Source of the DNA: Chiloscyllium plagiosum
Lineage: Eukaryota
Assembly: GCF_004010195.1 (NCBI RefSeq)
Contig: NC_057756.1
Span: 4,309,603-4,373,602, forward strand
Direction: 5' to 3'
DNA: 64,000 nucleotides
In this document: in pieces, positions 1 to 12,350 of the stretch
Layout: every line of letters starts with the position of its first letter
How positions within the stretch are numbered: position 1 is the first letter of the stretch
Program-made: the position numbers and the translations under genes
Notes under the pieces: generated by a model
What the model was told of the DNA's origin: nothing
The model's database searches: none
What the model saw: the letters and a program-made list of their open reading frames with translations, nothing else

Positions 1-299
1 AAGTGAGGAACATCAATGTACGTAGTATGTCAATTAAGAGCTGGAAGCAATAACAATGCATTGATCATAAATGCAATCAAATGTATACGTAGAGTCATTC
101 CATCCATTTGCAATCAGATGATGCACAACTGAACTGTATGGAACACAAATGTGACAATTTGTAATACGTTATTCTGGTATTAAGTAATCTGAACCAAGTA
201 GTACGCATTATGTAAAGAATGTAATATTCAATACATAAAGATGACATAGTTAAAAATCACACAACACTAGGTTACAGTCCAACAGGTTTAATTGGAAGC

Positions 300-336
300 A
301 CGCTAGCTTTCGGAGCATCGCCCCTTCATCAGGTGG
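300..336 (-). ncRNA. Minimal hammerhead-ribozyme-like motif in a Penelope repeat
   Basis: Minus strand cac-CTGATGA-aGGGGC-gat-GCTCC-GAAA-GC-TA. Confidence 0.6.
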
Positions 337-1397
337 TAGTGGAGGGCTCAATCCTAACACACAGAATTTACAGCAAAAATTTACAGTGTGATATAACTGA
401 AATTATACATTGAAAAATTGATTGTCTATTGAGCTTTTCATCTGTTAGAATACCGTGATAGCTTCACTCCTTCCATGTGTAAATCACAAAACCTTTTTTT
501 TTAAAAAGTTGCATCCTCGGGTTAGCTGTTATCAATGGGTGATAGCTCGACAATATGTTGAAGGTGTTAGCCCCCTGTGTTCTCTGTCTATGCCATGACG
601 CCTTGGACCATTCTCCAAGGTGGACTTCTGGACAGGCAGCAGAGAAAAGTGGCCGAGCAGAGGCTGATAGCTAAGTTCAGTATCCAAATGCAGGGCCTCA
701 ACCGGGTCCTTGGGTTCATGTTAAATTTCAGGTGACCACCATTGTACTATGCACACACACAGATACTCCTACACACATACTCTCTCTCACACACAGGCAC
801 TCCTATAAACACGGACGCACACACAGAAACTCACACACACCCTTACAGGCATACACATTCCCGCACTCACACATGCACCCCCTCCCTGATTTAAGACGCT
901 CTGCACTCACCCCACACACACATACACTTTATCACACTCACAACCCCCAACCCAGGCAGACACAGACAAAGACCCACATGGACACATATATTTTCTGGGG
1001 TGAATTTGTACTTGCAGGGTGACATTGTACTTTGCTCAAAAACTGCATGCATTCATGTAGAACTCTGAGCTCAAAAACTGCATAAATTCATGTAAAACTC
1101 CGTTACCTCATTTTTTAGATTACAATCAATCTAAACATCATGGCATAGACAGAAAACACAGGGGACCAACACCTTCAACATATTGTCTAGCTATCACCCA
1201 TTGTTAACAGCTAAACCGAGAATGCAACATTTTAAAAAAAGATTTTGTGATTTACACATGAAAGAAGTGAAACTATCACAGTATTCGAACAGATGAAAAG
1301 CTTAACAGACAATCAATTTTCCAATGTATAATTTCAGTTACATCACACTATACATTTTTGCTATAAATCCTGTGTGTTAGGATTGAGCCATCTACTA

Positions 1398-1433
1398 CCA
1401 CCTGATGAAAGAGCAACACTCCGAAAGCTAGTG
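1398..1433 (+). ncRNA. Minimal hammerhead-ribozyme-like motif in a Penelope repeat
   Basis: cac-CTGATGA-aagagcaacactcc-GAAA-GC-TA-gtg; stem II partly decayed. Confidence 0.55.
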
Positions 1434-1772
1434 TGCTTCCAATTAAACCTGTTGGATCTTAACCTGGTGTCCACTAGGAAAACACCCCAAATGCATGCAT
1501 GGTCAACGTAATAATGTCTGTTCAATGCATGTATGGACGATAATAGGATATCGACATAAATGTGTGCCCTATGCATGTTAAATGTCGAAGAGTTCTCGCC
1601 ACGTTTCTCCAAATTCTGGATAAGTGTTTCAAGTAAAATATCGGGAGTGCCAAAATACTATTGTTATTTTCGCATTGGTTCTGACGTTGTATGTTAAGAA
1701 GCTCAGCAATTTAGCGCTTGCATCTGTCAGTGTGATTTACCTTGCAAAGTCATATCTTTTGCTTCTTAAAAG

Positions 1773-1799
1773 GTGAGAAGTTGGAGGCACAGAAGAAAG
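1773..1799 (+). CDS. Micro-exon type A (27 nt): (G)EKLEAQKK
   Basis: tcttttgcttcttaaaag|GTGAGAAGTTGGAGGCACAGAAGAAAG|gtaagt. Confidence 0.85.
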
Positions 1800-4059
1800 G
1801 TAAGTGCATCTGGCCTTGTGCAAGAGAAACGTTTCCACAATGAGTTTCATCTCTGTGTAACAGAGATTGGACTGATGTATTTTTTAGTGAGCATCTAAAT
1901 ATTTCAAGACATTTATAGCGTAATTGTAGTGGAATACTATGGTTCAGGATGATATCCAGAAAGAGAATTCACAGATTTAACTTCTTTACTTGGAAGAACT
2001 AACAGACAAATTGATATTTATTGGTTTTGTTTTCATGCTTTTGTTGCACAATTGTCACAATCTGAAGCTTGTCGCTTGAACATGCATTTGGTCAGTTTCA
2101 ACTGAATTTCTCAATGTAATGTTGTTGTTAAAACCGAGAAAGCTATTTCAGTGCATTGGTATCAAGAGAACTAAATAGATGCATTTTGGTTTATCATGCA
2201 GTCGAGAACCACAAATTTAACAGGCTCCAAGGCCAGAGATACACATTTAATTATTTGGAAATGTAGGTTAAGAAAAACACTTCATACTCAGCTTTCAGAG
2301 TTTTCTTTTACTCTTAACTATTTTGTGGCTGCTGGGAAATCGGTAGGGTTTAAGGCAGAAGCGCACGTTTAATGAGGATCTCATTTGTCGTTCGAAACTT
2401 CAATCTTTACAGACACCAAAGAAGGTTACTCCAGCAAGCCAGCTGTAACGTCTGATATATGTTGTTATTCTCTGTGGCAGGGATACTCTGTATTCAAGTG
2501 AAGAGCATGCCCTAGCTTCAGACTTCAGTGGTATTACCAAGCAGTCAGGTGCCCATATTGCACATAATTACATTTTCGAAGAAAAAAGGTCAAAATAAAT
2601 TCAGAAATGGAGCGTTATCCTGCACGCATCAGTGGGAAGAACGAAACATTATATTGTTCCACTTTGGAACGTATCATCAGACATGACATTAATTGAAGAC
2701 AAAATGCGAGATTTGTCCCTCTCTTCAAATGTTGCATGAATGAATGCGTATCCACAACAATTTTGTAATTATCTAATAGCACAAATGTATCACAAGGGAA
2801 CATGGTAATATAACAGAATAGGAAGTGAAAAGAATTCAATATACTTCATGTGTAATGAAAAAAACGACTCGTGAAAAGTAAATAGGGCGGATATTTGGTA
2901 AGTGTGTTTGCTTTATGATGCAAGGGAAATGCGCATTTTTGAGAAGAGAATGCACTTATGAATTCTTCAGAACTGTGGAAATAGACTTTAATTCTAATAG
3001 TAAATTCGAAGTACTGTAAAGTCAGAGGAAAGTGAACGAAGTTCCCATTTCAAAGCAGTCATTCACTGCAGTTCAAGTGTCCTGACAGGCACATTGACAG
3101 CTCTGCCTAAAAGTGGATAAGATAAGAGTGATGTTAGTCTTCCAGTGAGCTGATGTAATAGATTTGCAGGGCAATATAAACAGTTTAAATACATGTGGCA
3201 ATGGGCCAGTATATTGGCTAAGTAGAATGTCACTTGTCAAGGGTTTCCGATAGGAATACTGGGTGCGAATGGCAAGATAACTAGTGAACATAGAAGTAGA
3301 TGACACTTTAGAAGGATTCTCGTTGAAATTGGTGTCATTGTGAAAGGTCGATCCATTGTTTTATGCGTCGTGGTATTAGCCTCGCAGTTGTATTTCGCAA
3401 CTTAGGTGGAGAGACAGGTGATAGCTATTTAATTTTTCATCCGCTATGCAGGTTTCCAGCTGGGTGCAGAGCACGCTGAGAGCGGGTATGATACTGCTGG
3501 GAAGTGAACGAGTTCAGAGCCAGTTAACTATGTGAGTTAAGGAGGAGAGAAGGTGCCAACTGCTACTGTGAAAAATGAATCGGTAGTCATGCCAGAGGAA
3601 TGTAGCGCCGACTCAAAATGATTACAGCTCAGACAGTTGCCAGCTGGGCAGGCTAGAAGTCTTTTGATGTTTTGCAAAAAACGCAGGAAATAATTCCATT
3701 TTCAGAAATCGTGAACTTGTTACAACAGAGTAGCAATTATGTCGGTAGCATTCTGTTAAAAACATAAATGGTCATTTGGTTTGCTAACCACTTTTGATCT
3801 TACTTTCGATCGTGTTTACATTTTAAATTGGTATTATGTAGGGTACACTTGGTCCTTCCAACTTTTCCCTCCCTCTCTCTTTCTGTCACATTCACACACT
3901 ACAGCAGTTGTACTTTAATGTTCAATTTATTAAACCCAGAGCTACATAAATGCTAAGGATCAGTTAATACATTTCCTACGAAAATTGATAATTGCAATGG
4001 TGAAAAGTGTTTAGCATTCCAATGAATAATATTGAAGCAAACTTTACGAATTTATAAAT

Positions 4060-5390
4060 TCAACCGAAATACATTATGTTGAAGCAATTCTGAATTTTGA
4101 AACAATGATTGTATGTGGAGTAACATGAATTATTGAAAAGGCTGTTTATGTATCAAATAGAAGTGGTCAATGTAATATATTTGCATTTTCAGAAGGTGTA
4201 TGGCAGTGTACCATAGATTAAACTTGAAAATCACACTTTGTTGAAGATATTACTTTAGACTGTGTAGAAAATTGTCTAACTCATGGAAGATAAAGAGATG
4301 AGACAATAGAGACATTTTGAGAAGGGCAATATGTAACTAGTGGAATGTAAAATAGAGCAAAACTAGAGCTTGAATAATTTTCTCTACACGTTATTTTCTT
4401 GAATGTGATAACCAAATTGCAAACGCAAAAAATATGAATGGCAAAAATGAGAGCATAGGACATGGTAAGCATAAAATTGAGTTTGCAGAAACATAGAGAC
4501 AAGTTAGGTGAATGGGAAGGAAAAGAACATTTTGGCAGATGAAATGTAATGTAAGAAAATGTTAGAGTATCAATGAGGTTGTTGACTTGCCAACTGAGTT
4601 GGCACGTTTGTTCGCAAATGTTCCATCACAATTCTGTTTAACATCATCAGTGCACCTCCAGTGAAACATTGGTGTTCTATCCCGCTTGCTATTTATGTGT
4701 CTCCGTCTGCTGGGGTTCGTGGTGTCATTTTGAGTTTCTTTTTTGCCTTGCCTGTTCTTTTTCTTATTGTGATAGGATTATGCAGTTTAGCCAGATGAAG
4801 AGAAGAGTTACATATTAAGTTAGTTGGGAGTGATTGTAGAAAGCAATTGAAAATAAGTATTTGCTTGAAAGTATCACAAAAGAAAATACTATCTTTTTTG
4901 CGGGAATTAGTGAAGTCAATTGGACTGTTGATAGGGAAAGTTCGCATAATAAGAGGACGTTGAATCAGACTGACCTGTGCTAAATACAATCTAAAAGAAA
5001 GAGAGACCACCTTATGGATGACACATGATCCTTTATATGAGTTTGCAGGTAAGATGTGGAAATATTATTGCCCCTTGTCATGGGGGTTAGGACCAGAAGA
5101 GGAATAATATCAGAATATTCACTTGTCCGTTTAAGACAGAGATGCGAAACAAAAAGGTATTCAAATGAAAATGTTTTCTTGGAAATCCATTATGTCTGAC
5201 GGCAATGGATGTCGGATCAGAAATTATATCAATATTGAGATAGACAAATGTATAATCAACCAGGAAATTGAGAGTTATGGAAAAAAGTAACACTGCTTCG
5301 AAAATAAGCAACCAGTTATGATCTGATCGGCTGGTTGGCAGACATTGGCACTGATTGGTGGACGTACTGAATAGACAGAAAGCCAAACTT
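4060..5390 (+). mobile_element. Highly decayed CR1-like LINE fragments
   Basis: Remnant VNVIYLHFQK (cf. VDVIYLDFQKAF) near 4165 and CR1-like 3' region near 5100-5370. Confidence 0.55.
4578..4730 (-). mobile_element. Decayed Penelope terminal-repeat fragment with degenerate hammerhead core
   Basis: Minus strand gca-CTGATGA-tgttaaacagaattgtgat-ggaa-catttgc. Confidence 0.45.
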
Positions 5391-5649
5391 TTGGTTTTCG
5401 GTGTAATTGTATGACTGTAATGTTTTGTTTGTGTCTATCTTAATTGTGGGAGTAATCTTGACTGTGTATCATTTTGCACACGTTTTTTTTCTTGTTTTAG
5501 CGGGCGTTAATAAGGAGATATATTCCAGAGCAAGTAGTAGTGGATGTTTCAGGTTTGGGGGGACCGGAGGGAGAGACTTAAAGAATAGGTAAAAATAGAT
5601 CCCCGAGAGATAGAACAACAACTAGATGAATAATGGTCTGCTCAAAATG

Positions 5650-6130
5650 CTTTGGGAAAAGAAAACTCTGCTAATCAGGAGCATATGTAGGAGATAATGG
5701 GTTGGCTATGCAGAAAATAACACAAGTAATGACAACGTTTGAGATGTGAGTACTGGTAAAAGGGGAAGAAAGAAGGTTTAAGCCTCTAACGTCATTGTAC
5801 TCGATATTGAGTCTTGAAGACTTCGAGCTTGCCACTGGAAACTGAAATGTTTTCCTTCCAGTTGCCGCTGAGGCTCAAAGAAGCACTGCAACAGGCTGGA
5901 TACAGAAATGTTTGCCAATCAACACGGTAAAGCATTGGGGTGGCATATAACTGTAATCTCCAGGTCATTTCTGCAGACAGTAAAGAGTTGTTATACACAA
6001 GTTAGCTCAGTCCACGTTTATTATTAATATGGACAGCCGACTGCAAGAAAGATTGTAAGATGTAGATTCAGGCTAAAGCAACTGAAGATTTGTTCACTCT
6101 TCCACTTGCAATGACGATGTCTGAAGGATA
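5650..6130 (-). mobile_element. Very old Penelope-like endonuclease-region fragment
   Basis: Patchy similarity to the PLE copies at 24640-24900 and 43090-43350. Confidence 0.35.
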
Positions 6131-6211
6131 GTTGCCTTCCAAATTTACACGAAAATTCAGGATAACATATGTGACTGAAAGTGAAAATCGATGGCTATCA
6201 TATTAAAATAG

Positions 6212-6432
6212 GCAACCCACGCATACCCCTAACCTAACACTACGGGCAATTTAGCATGGCCAATTCACCTGACCTGCACATCTTTGGACTGTGGGAGGAA
6301 ACCGGAGCACCCGGAGGAAACGGTAAATTGCCCGTAGTGTTAGGTTAGGGGTATGCGTGGGTTGCGCTTCGGCGGGGCGGTGTGGACTTGTGGGGCTGAA
6401 AGGCCTGTTTCCACACTGTAAGTAATCAAATC
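6212..6432. mobile_element. HE1-type SINE with inverted 5' part
   Basis: Perfect 42-bp inverted repeat 6212-6253 / 6324-6365; same family as 18405 and 33081; CR1-like tail ggcctgtttccacactgtaagtaatc. Confidence 0.85.
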
Positions 6433-7019
6433 AGGAATGAGAAGAAGAGTAGACCAGTGAATTTGTTTTAAAAATATCTATTATCTACTCTCATCAAAAT
6501 GAGTGGTTGAATCATAGTTCCACTCTGCATTTCGTGCGATGCAGATAATAGGGAGCAGTGAGTGTGTGGAAAAAATACAATAAGGAGGTAAATTTTTAAA
6601 ATTAGTGAATGTGGATCATTAAGCTCAGTTAGATATTATTAAGAAAAGAAATAAAGGGGCTCTTTCATCCATTCATGGGTTAACGAAGTTTCAAGGTAGA
6701 TGAGTGTAGGAAATTGCAGGAGGATAAAGCACATTTCGATGAAAGATCTATGCCTTTCCTTCCAATTCTATGGAATGGGCATAGCAGAGAAAACATAACT
6801 CATCGGTTCTGATTTGAAATTATTGATCTCTTCCAGATATATAATTGGTGTGCTCACGACTTTCCCACATTTTGTTCACTCTGAAAGTGTTGATCCGCCA
6901 CTTCAGTATAGAGGGTAATTGTTAAGATGAAGTAAAAGCATGCAGTCATATATGTTTGGGGGGAATACAGAGATTGAATAAAATGTAAAAATTTAAACGA
7001 TCGTACTTCTGACTTCCAG

Positions 7020-7046
7020 ATTTCACCAAAAGCAAAGAAGAATTAG
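7020..7046 (+). CDS. Micro-exon, shortened B-like (27 nt): DFTKSKEEL
   Basis: cttctgacttccag|ATTTCACCAAAAGCAAAGAAGAATTAG|gttggc; weaker donor, but fills the B slot and aligns to ELTGCQEAL. Confidence 0.65.
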   Translation: MSPKAKKN

Positions 7047-7284
7047 GTTGGCAAATTAGTCATCGTTATTTAAATATGATGTAAAATTTCCTCGCAATAT
7101 TCCAATGATTGCACATTTTGCAATTCAGTCCTCACACTTCTATCATCTCGATGCTTGTTTTATATTAAGGAATTTGTGTGCGTCTGTGTACATACTTCTA
7201 ACAAAAGAAAACTTTAATATAGTATTTGCTTTATAATATTACTTATTTCTATATTTAACTCTCCTCAATTCGAGTACATAACAG

Positions 7285-7311
7285 CGGAAAAGCTGAATTC
7301 AAATCGCAAAG
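7285..7311 (+). CDS. Micro-exon type A (27 nt): AEKLNSNRK
   Basis: acataacag|CGGAAAAGCTGAATTCAAATCGCAAAG|gtattt. Confidence 0.8.
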
Positions 7312-7329
7312 GTATTTCTTAAGAAAGTC

Positions 7330-7600
7330 TCAGTGGCGGCATGGAGAGATGCTGATGGTTTAAACGTAATTTTACTGCACAAATAATCCAGTTTTCCTGA
7401 TTAATGATCTGGGGATAAGGCAGATGTGGAAATTAGCTTGAACTTAGAATTAGTACCTGGTTTAGATACACCATCTACAAAATGGAGCATTGTGTTCATT
7501 GTATAATTGGCTTGAAAAAAGAAACAATTTGATTCACGAATATCAAAGGACATTTGGCATGCTTCATTATACAGATGCATGTTCTGCTTGAGTCCAACAG
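7330..7600 (+). mobile_element. Decayed SINE of the second family (as at 30995)
   Basis: Similarity to 30995-31340 (ctgggga...gcagatgtggaa...gattcac). Confidence 0.4.
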
Positions 7601-8901
7601 CAGTTTTATCTGGGCCATATATATTGGTATAGTCTGTAGCACGCGTGGCAGATCCTTGGCTTTACATTACTAAAACAATGATTAATTATTTAGAAAAATA
7701 TGTGAAAACATTATGACTCGCCGCTTAGTGAAGACTAGATAATTTTGTTGGACTTTTATCACAATGCTTAAGGCAAGTTTTAAGAATTTGACAGAGACGT
7801 GGATAAGGTACAAAAATGTTCAATTAGAATGAGGAATATTCATTACAGTGTTTGATAGTAGGTAGTAAAAAAAAAACATTCCTGAGTGGAAAAGGCATTA
7901 GAGGAAATTACTTTTAACGAGGCATCATTCAAGATGAGGTTTGTCTTCTACACTAAACCAAACAAAAAGTTTCATTTCACAGGGAAATCAATGGAAATTT
8001 TGGCAGATGTAAATTATCCAGTGAAAGAAAAACAACAATTTCGTGATGGAATGATGTTTGTGAAGGCAAACAGAAGTTAGAACTGAAAATATTACCTACA
8101 ACACTCTACAGAGGAATGTCTCACCAAGGCGAAGGTGCTAGAAAAAACTGAATGGCCTGAATACATCACTTGGACCCGATGGACTAAGGGAGGTAGCTGA
8201 AGAGATAGAGAAGGTTTGAGTGGTGATCCTTCAGGAATCAGTCGAGTCAGGGATTGTCCCAGAAACTGGAAAATCGCTGTGACAACCCTGTTTAAAACGG
8301 ACGTAAGGGCAGAAGACGGGAAATGACAGACTAATTGGCTTAAACTCGTTCGTAGGTAAGATCCTGGAACCCATTGTAAAAGGTGAGATTTCTTAATATT
8401 TGGACGAGCATGGTAAAATAGGACAAAATCAACGTGGTTTTTTTTCAAAGGGAGGTCATGTCTGACAAATTTGCTAGACTTCTTTCAGGAAGTAACGAGC
8501 AGGTTTTACTAAGGAGAGCCAATAGATGTTATCTACCTGGATATTGAGAAGGACTTTGACAAGGTACTGCATAGGAGGGTATGGAGTAAGATAAGGACCC
8601 ATGTTATCACTGGCAAGGTATTAGCATGGATAGAACCTTGGCTGTCTGGTAGAAAACAGAGGGTGGTGACAAAAATGTCGGTTTCACGATGGCAGCCAGT
8701 GACAAGTGGTGTTCCAGAAGCCTTAATATTGGGAAGACAACTTCTCAATTTATATATTAACGATCTCGATGAAGGAACTGAGGGCGTTGTAGCGAAGTTA
8801 CAGACGACACAAATACAGATAGAGGGTCTGGAAGCATCGAGGAGGCGGTGAGGCTGCAGAAGAATTTGGACATGTTAGAAGTTTGGGCAAAGAAGTGACA
8901 G

Positions 8902-9079
8902 TTGAAACTTTATTGCTGGAACAGCACAGCAGGTCAGGCAGCATCCAGGGAACAGGAGATTCGACGTTTCGGGCACAGGCCGTTCTTCCTGTTCCCTGGA
9001 TGCTGCCTGACCTGCTGTGCTGTTCCAGCAATAAAGTTTCAACTTTGATCTCCAGCATCTGCAGACCTCACTTTCTCCT
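8902..9079 (+). mobile_element. Palindromic Penelope-derived mini-insert
   Basis: Perfect 57-bp inverted repeat 8901-8957 / 8987-9043; TSD caaagaagtgacag at 8888-8901 and 9080-9093; arms match the PLE termini at 24320 and 42765. Confidence 0.92.
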
Positions 9080-9761
9080 CAAAGAAGTGACAGATCAATT
9101 GCAATTTGGGAAAGTGTGCGGCATAGAGTATTTTCGAATTGGGGATGAAATTCAGCAGTCTGAAGTGCAAAGAGACTTGGGAGCTCTAGCCTAGGATTCT
9201 CTTAAGGTAAATCTGTAGTTTGAAACTTTCAGGAAGGTAACTGAAAGGAAATGAAATGACTTATATTCATGGAGCAATTGATTAAAAAGCAGGGAAGTCA
9301 TTCTGCGGATCTATAAAGCTCGAGTAAGAGTACATCTGGATCATTGGGAACAGTTTTCGGCCCAATGTATCAGAAAGGATGTTCTGGCCCTTGTGCATGT
9401 TTAGAGGAGTTTCACAAGAATGGTCCCCGGAATGAAAAGCTTACCGTAAGAGGAATATTTGAGGCCTGTGGGCTTCTACATGATTCAAATTAGAAGGATG
9501 AGGGCGACCTAATTTAAACGTACAGAATACAAAATGGGCACAGTGAATGCTGGTATGATGCTTCCATTGATAGGATAGACTGGGACCCGAGGGCATAGGC
9601 TTAGAAAAAGAAGACCTTTCTTATCTAGTCATAACTTCTGTATCCAGACAGTGTTGAATCGATGAAATTCATTACCATAGATGGCTTGGAGGCCAGTTCA
9701 ATATTTAAGACTGAGACAGGTTCTTGAGTATCAATGGAATCAAGCATTATGGGGAGAAAGT

Positions 9762-9910
9762 GTGGTTTTTGGAAAAGCACAGAATCCGAGGAGCAGGAGA
9801 GTCGACATTTCGAGCATAAGCTCTCCACCAGCTCTTCATCATTATGGTCAGCTGAGCTTTTCCAATACCAATTCTGATCTCTGGCATCTGCAGTCTTCAC
9901 TTATTCCTCC
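9762..9910 (+). mobile_element. Older, partly deleted palindromic Penelope-derived mini-insert
   Basis: ggaaaagcacag...gaggagcaggagagtcgacatttcg then gcttttcca...gatctctggcatctgcagtcttcact. Confidence 0.7.
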
Positions 9911-10415
9911 GTGAGAAACATAGCAGCCATGATTGAATTGAGCAACAGAGTCCGTGGGTTGAATGGAATAATATCTGCTCCTATTTCTGATGATCGCAAA
10001 GTATCTCCTAAATGTCTTTAGAAACACATGCGTTATTGACAATTGAAGAATTCCCAGGGCCCATGAAATCACATTTGGTGAAATCAAATGGCTCTTTGAA
10101 GGATATGCAAGAAGGGAATAATTCTTGTGATTATAAAAGAGACCCTGATTAGGAAATTATTGACAATCTTTTATTATGTATTTTCCATTGTGAGGATTAC
10201 AAGCACAGTAAGGAAGTAGGGTAATTGAAACGAACAGTCTGTCGTGACCACAGGGTTATTATATCAAATGCAAGTACATCAGGTATTAAGATGCCTTCTC
10301 CTCTATCTGTCTGAAACTGCATTTTTTTCTAAATAAATAACAGTTTTACTTCCGTAGAGATGGGAAACGATCAATGCACCATAAAGATTTGTTTATTGCT
10401 CTTTCATCCTCTTAG

Positions 10416-10451
10416 AACTAAAAGACATGCAACAAACTTTAAAAGATTTGG
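10416..10451 (+). CDS. Micro-exon type B (36 nt): ELKDMQQTLKDL
   Basis: ctctttcatcctcttag|AACTAAAAGACATGCAACAAACTTTAAAAGATTTGG|gtgaga. Confidence 0.88.
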
Positions 10452-10689
10452 GTGAGAGTGATATTTTGCACGTATTTGAAAACAAATTGCGACGTGAAGA
10501 TAACGATAGATTTCCATTGTGACAGTAAACATCATGCATAATCAATGATCAATTATACATCCTGCGCAGTTTTGTTGATTAATAAATGCAGACATTTTGC
10601 CCCATAACTAGTTTCTCGGGCAGTTTTAAAGAACGTAACGTTACATTACTTTATTATGTTCAGCGCTAATGATTAATAGTTGATCAAGT

Positions 10690-11576
10690 AATGACATAAA
10701 GAACGGCTTGTAAGAAGGCCGTTCAGCACAACTTGCCTATATACCGAGTTTTCACAATTAAGTTAACACCATTTGCGTGAGTTTTGTCGATATTTTTCAT
10801 GCATATCCCAGCCCTGTAGTGTTTAAATATTTCCTAAGTGATGAGGTTGTTCTTGCTTTCACCCATTCCTCTGCCAGTCTGGTTCGTACACTCACTAAAC
10901 TCTGACTTAAAAAAAAAGTCCCATTCAGCTTTAACCTGTGCCCTCTAGATTTAAAGTTGCTTCAAAGGGAAAAACATTTTTTTTGCCATTTTACCTACCC
11001 GTACTTCTCCTGATTACATACACCTCCATAAGATCACCTTTATAGTTACCAATCGTTCTGGAAAAAAGAAGAAATCTGGCCCGTCTAACCTCTCTTTTTA
11101 ACACAAAAATGCAAGTCCAAATAGTATCCAAGTAAGTCTTTTCTGAGCTTCTTTTTTATAGTTTAATAATATCCTTTGCATAGTACGGCGATCAGAAAGG
11201 CATACAGTTATCCAAACGTGGCTTCACCAACGTCTTGTCCAGCTGAAATAAGACGTCCCTACTACGTTACTCAATTATCTGAACAATGAAAGTAAGCATT
11301 CCGAAATGTTTCCTCATCACCCTGTCTACTTGTGACTCCACTTTCAATGAGCTATGAACATGTACCCCGAGAACGCTTTGAACAGAAAATCTCCCCAATG
11401 CTACTCCAATGCCAGGGTGAATCCTGCCCTGGATTGACATATTAAAATGTAACACCATCAATTATCGAAATTAATGTCCATCTGCCGTTCTTCAGCCCAT
11501 TAGCCCAGCTTCTGAAAATGCCATTCCATTCCCAGGCTGTCTTCTTCACTCTCCACAATAGCAGCAATCTTGGTTT
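10690..11576 (-). mobile_element. CR1 LINE 3' part (left piece; continues at 18262)
   Basis: LGVHVHSSLKVESQVDRVMRK in ORF 11267-11461; joins 18262 across the LTR element. Confidence 0.85.
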
Positions 11577-12350
11577 TGTTACGATACGGTGGTGAACCCT
11601 TCTCTTAATGAAACCAAACTCACAGAAAAAGCTCACCTTTCCCCGTAATCTGTTAAATGATGAGTGACGGGAAATTCCCAATTCCACTATTTAAAGAAAA
11701 TAATATCAATGTATGCTTTAACTCGAAAAGTGAACATCAATCAACAACTATTCACAACTCACAGCCCCCTTTTCCCTTAATTGCTTATTAACTGCCTCCA
11801 ACTCTACAACAATATTCTGGTCCAATAAGACACTCATTAAAATTACATCAACTTAAATTCGCATCCACACAGTGGCTGTTGTCTCTGGTGTTTGCCTTCT
11901 TCCATATGAAGATCTCCCTGGGATGTATTCATTATTTTTACTGCGAGTATGTTTCAGATAAAAAAGATAATGTTGATGGAGATAGCATCTTAATTTCTTG
12001 AGTCTCAATCAATGGCAGTTTCTCCGTCCAATTTTCAAAATGCCTTCATTTTTATGTCGGCAACATCGGATCATTGGATTGGTTCGATGTTGGCAAAACA
12101 ATAAATTCAAACACGATAGGGATTTAGTATTCTGGAGCATAATTTGCATTGACATATTAAATTTGAATTGATGTCACAGTAACAACCAACACAGGTATCC
12201 ACTTCACATCTAAAAGTTGTATATCTTCAACTTACCCGGACACTCTGAGACTGTCATCTAATCATATCTTACAGGTTCTTGTAAGCACGGAGTTATGAAC
12301 AGCGTTCACTCTCTCTTAAAGGTGCAGTACACGTCTTCCACTTCATCACA
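11577..12350 (-). repeat. 3' LTR
   Basis: tgttacgatacggtggtgaaccc ... ctcttaaaggtgcagtacacgtcttccacttcatcaca; homologous to 17516-18261. Confidence 0.9.

Larger units (their letters stand above)
250..1470 (+). mobile_element. 5'-truncated Penelope-like element (GIY-YIG tail plus CA-rich 3' repeat) with an inverted terminal-repeat copy
   Basis: ~264-598 is the reverse complement of ~1137-1470; 612-735 translates LQGGLLDRQQRKVAEQRLIAKF...GLNRVLGFM (PLE endonuclease C-terminus); hammerhead cores in both arms. Confidence 0.85.
8130..9990 (+). mobile_element. CR1 LINE 3' part (RT and 3' UTR), decayed, interrupted by two Penelope-derived hairpin inserts
   Basis: WQPVTSGVPE...LLNLYINDLDEGTEGVVAKL (8663-8851); DVIYLDIEKDFDKV near 8525. 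Confidence 0.9.

Noticed and set aside
732..1022. His/Thr-rich 96-aa ORF
   Set aside because: Translation of the CA-rich tract in the Penelope tail.
2522..2548. 27-nt segment DFSGITKQS
   Set aside because: Poor donor (gtgccc) and weak acceptor.
5553..5588. 36-nt AG..G|gtaaaa segment in a B slot
   Set aside because: In-frame TAA in phase 1, weak pyrimidine tract and poor match to the B consensus; at most a relic.
8798..9194. Two opposite-strand ORFs sharing identical peptides
   Set aside because: Artefact of the palindromic Penelope insert.
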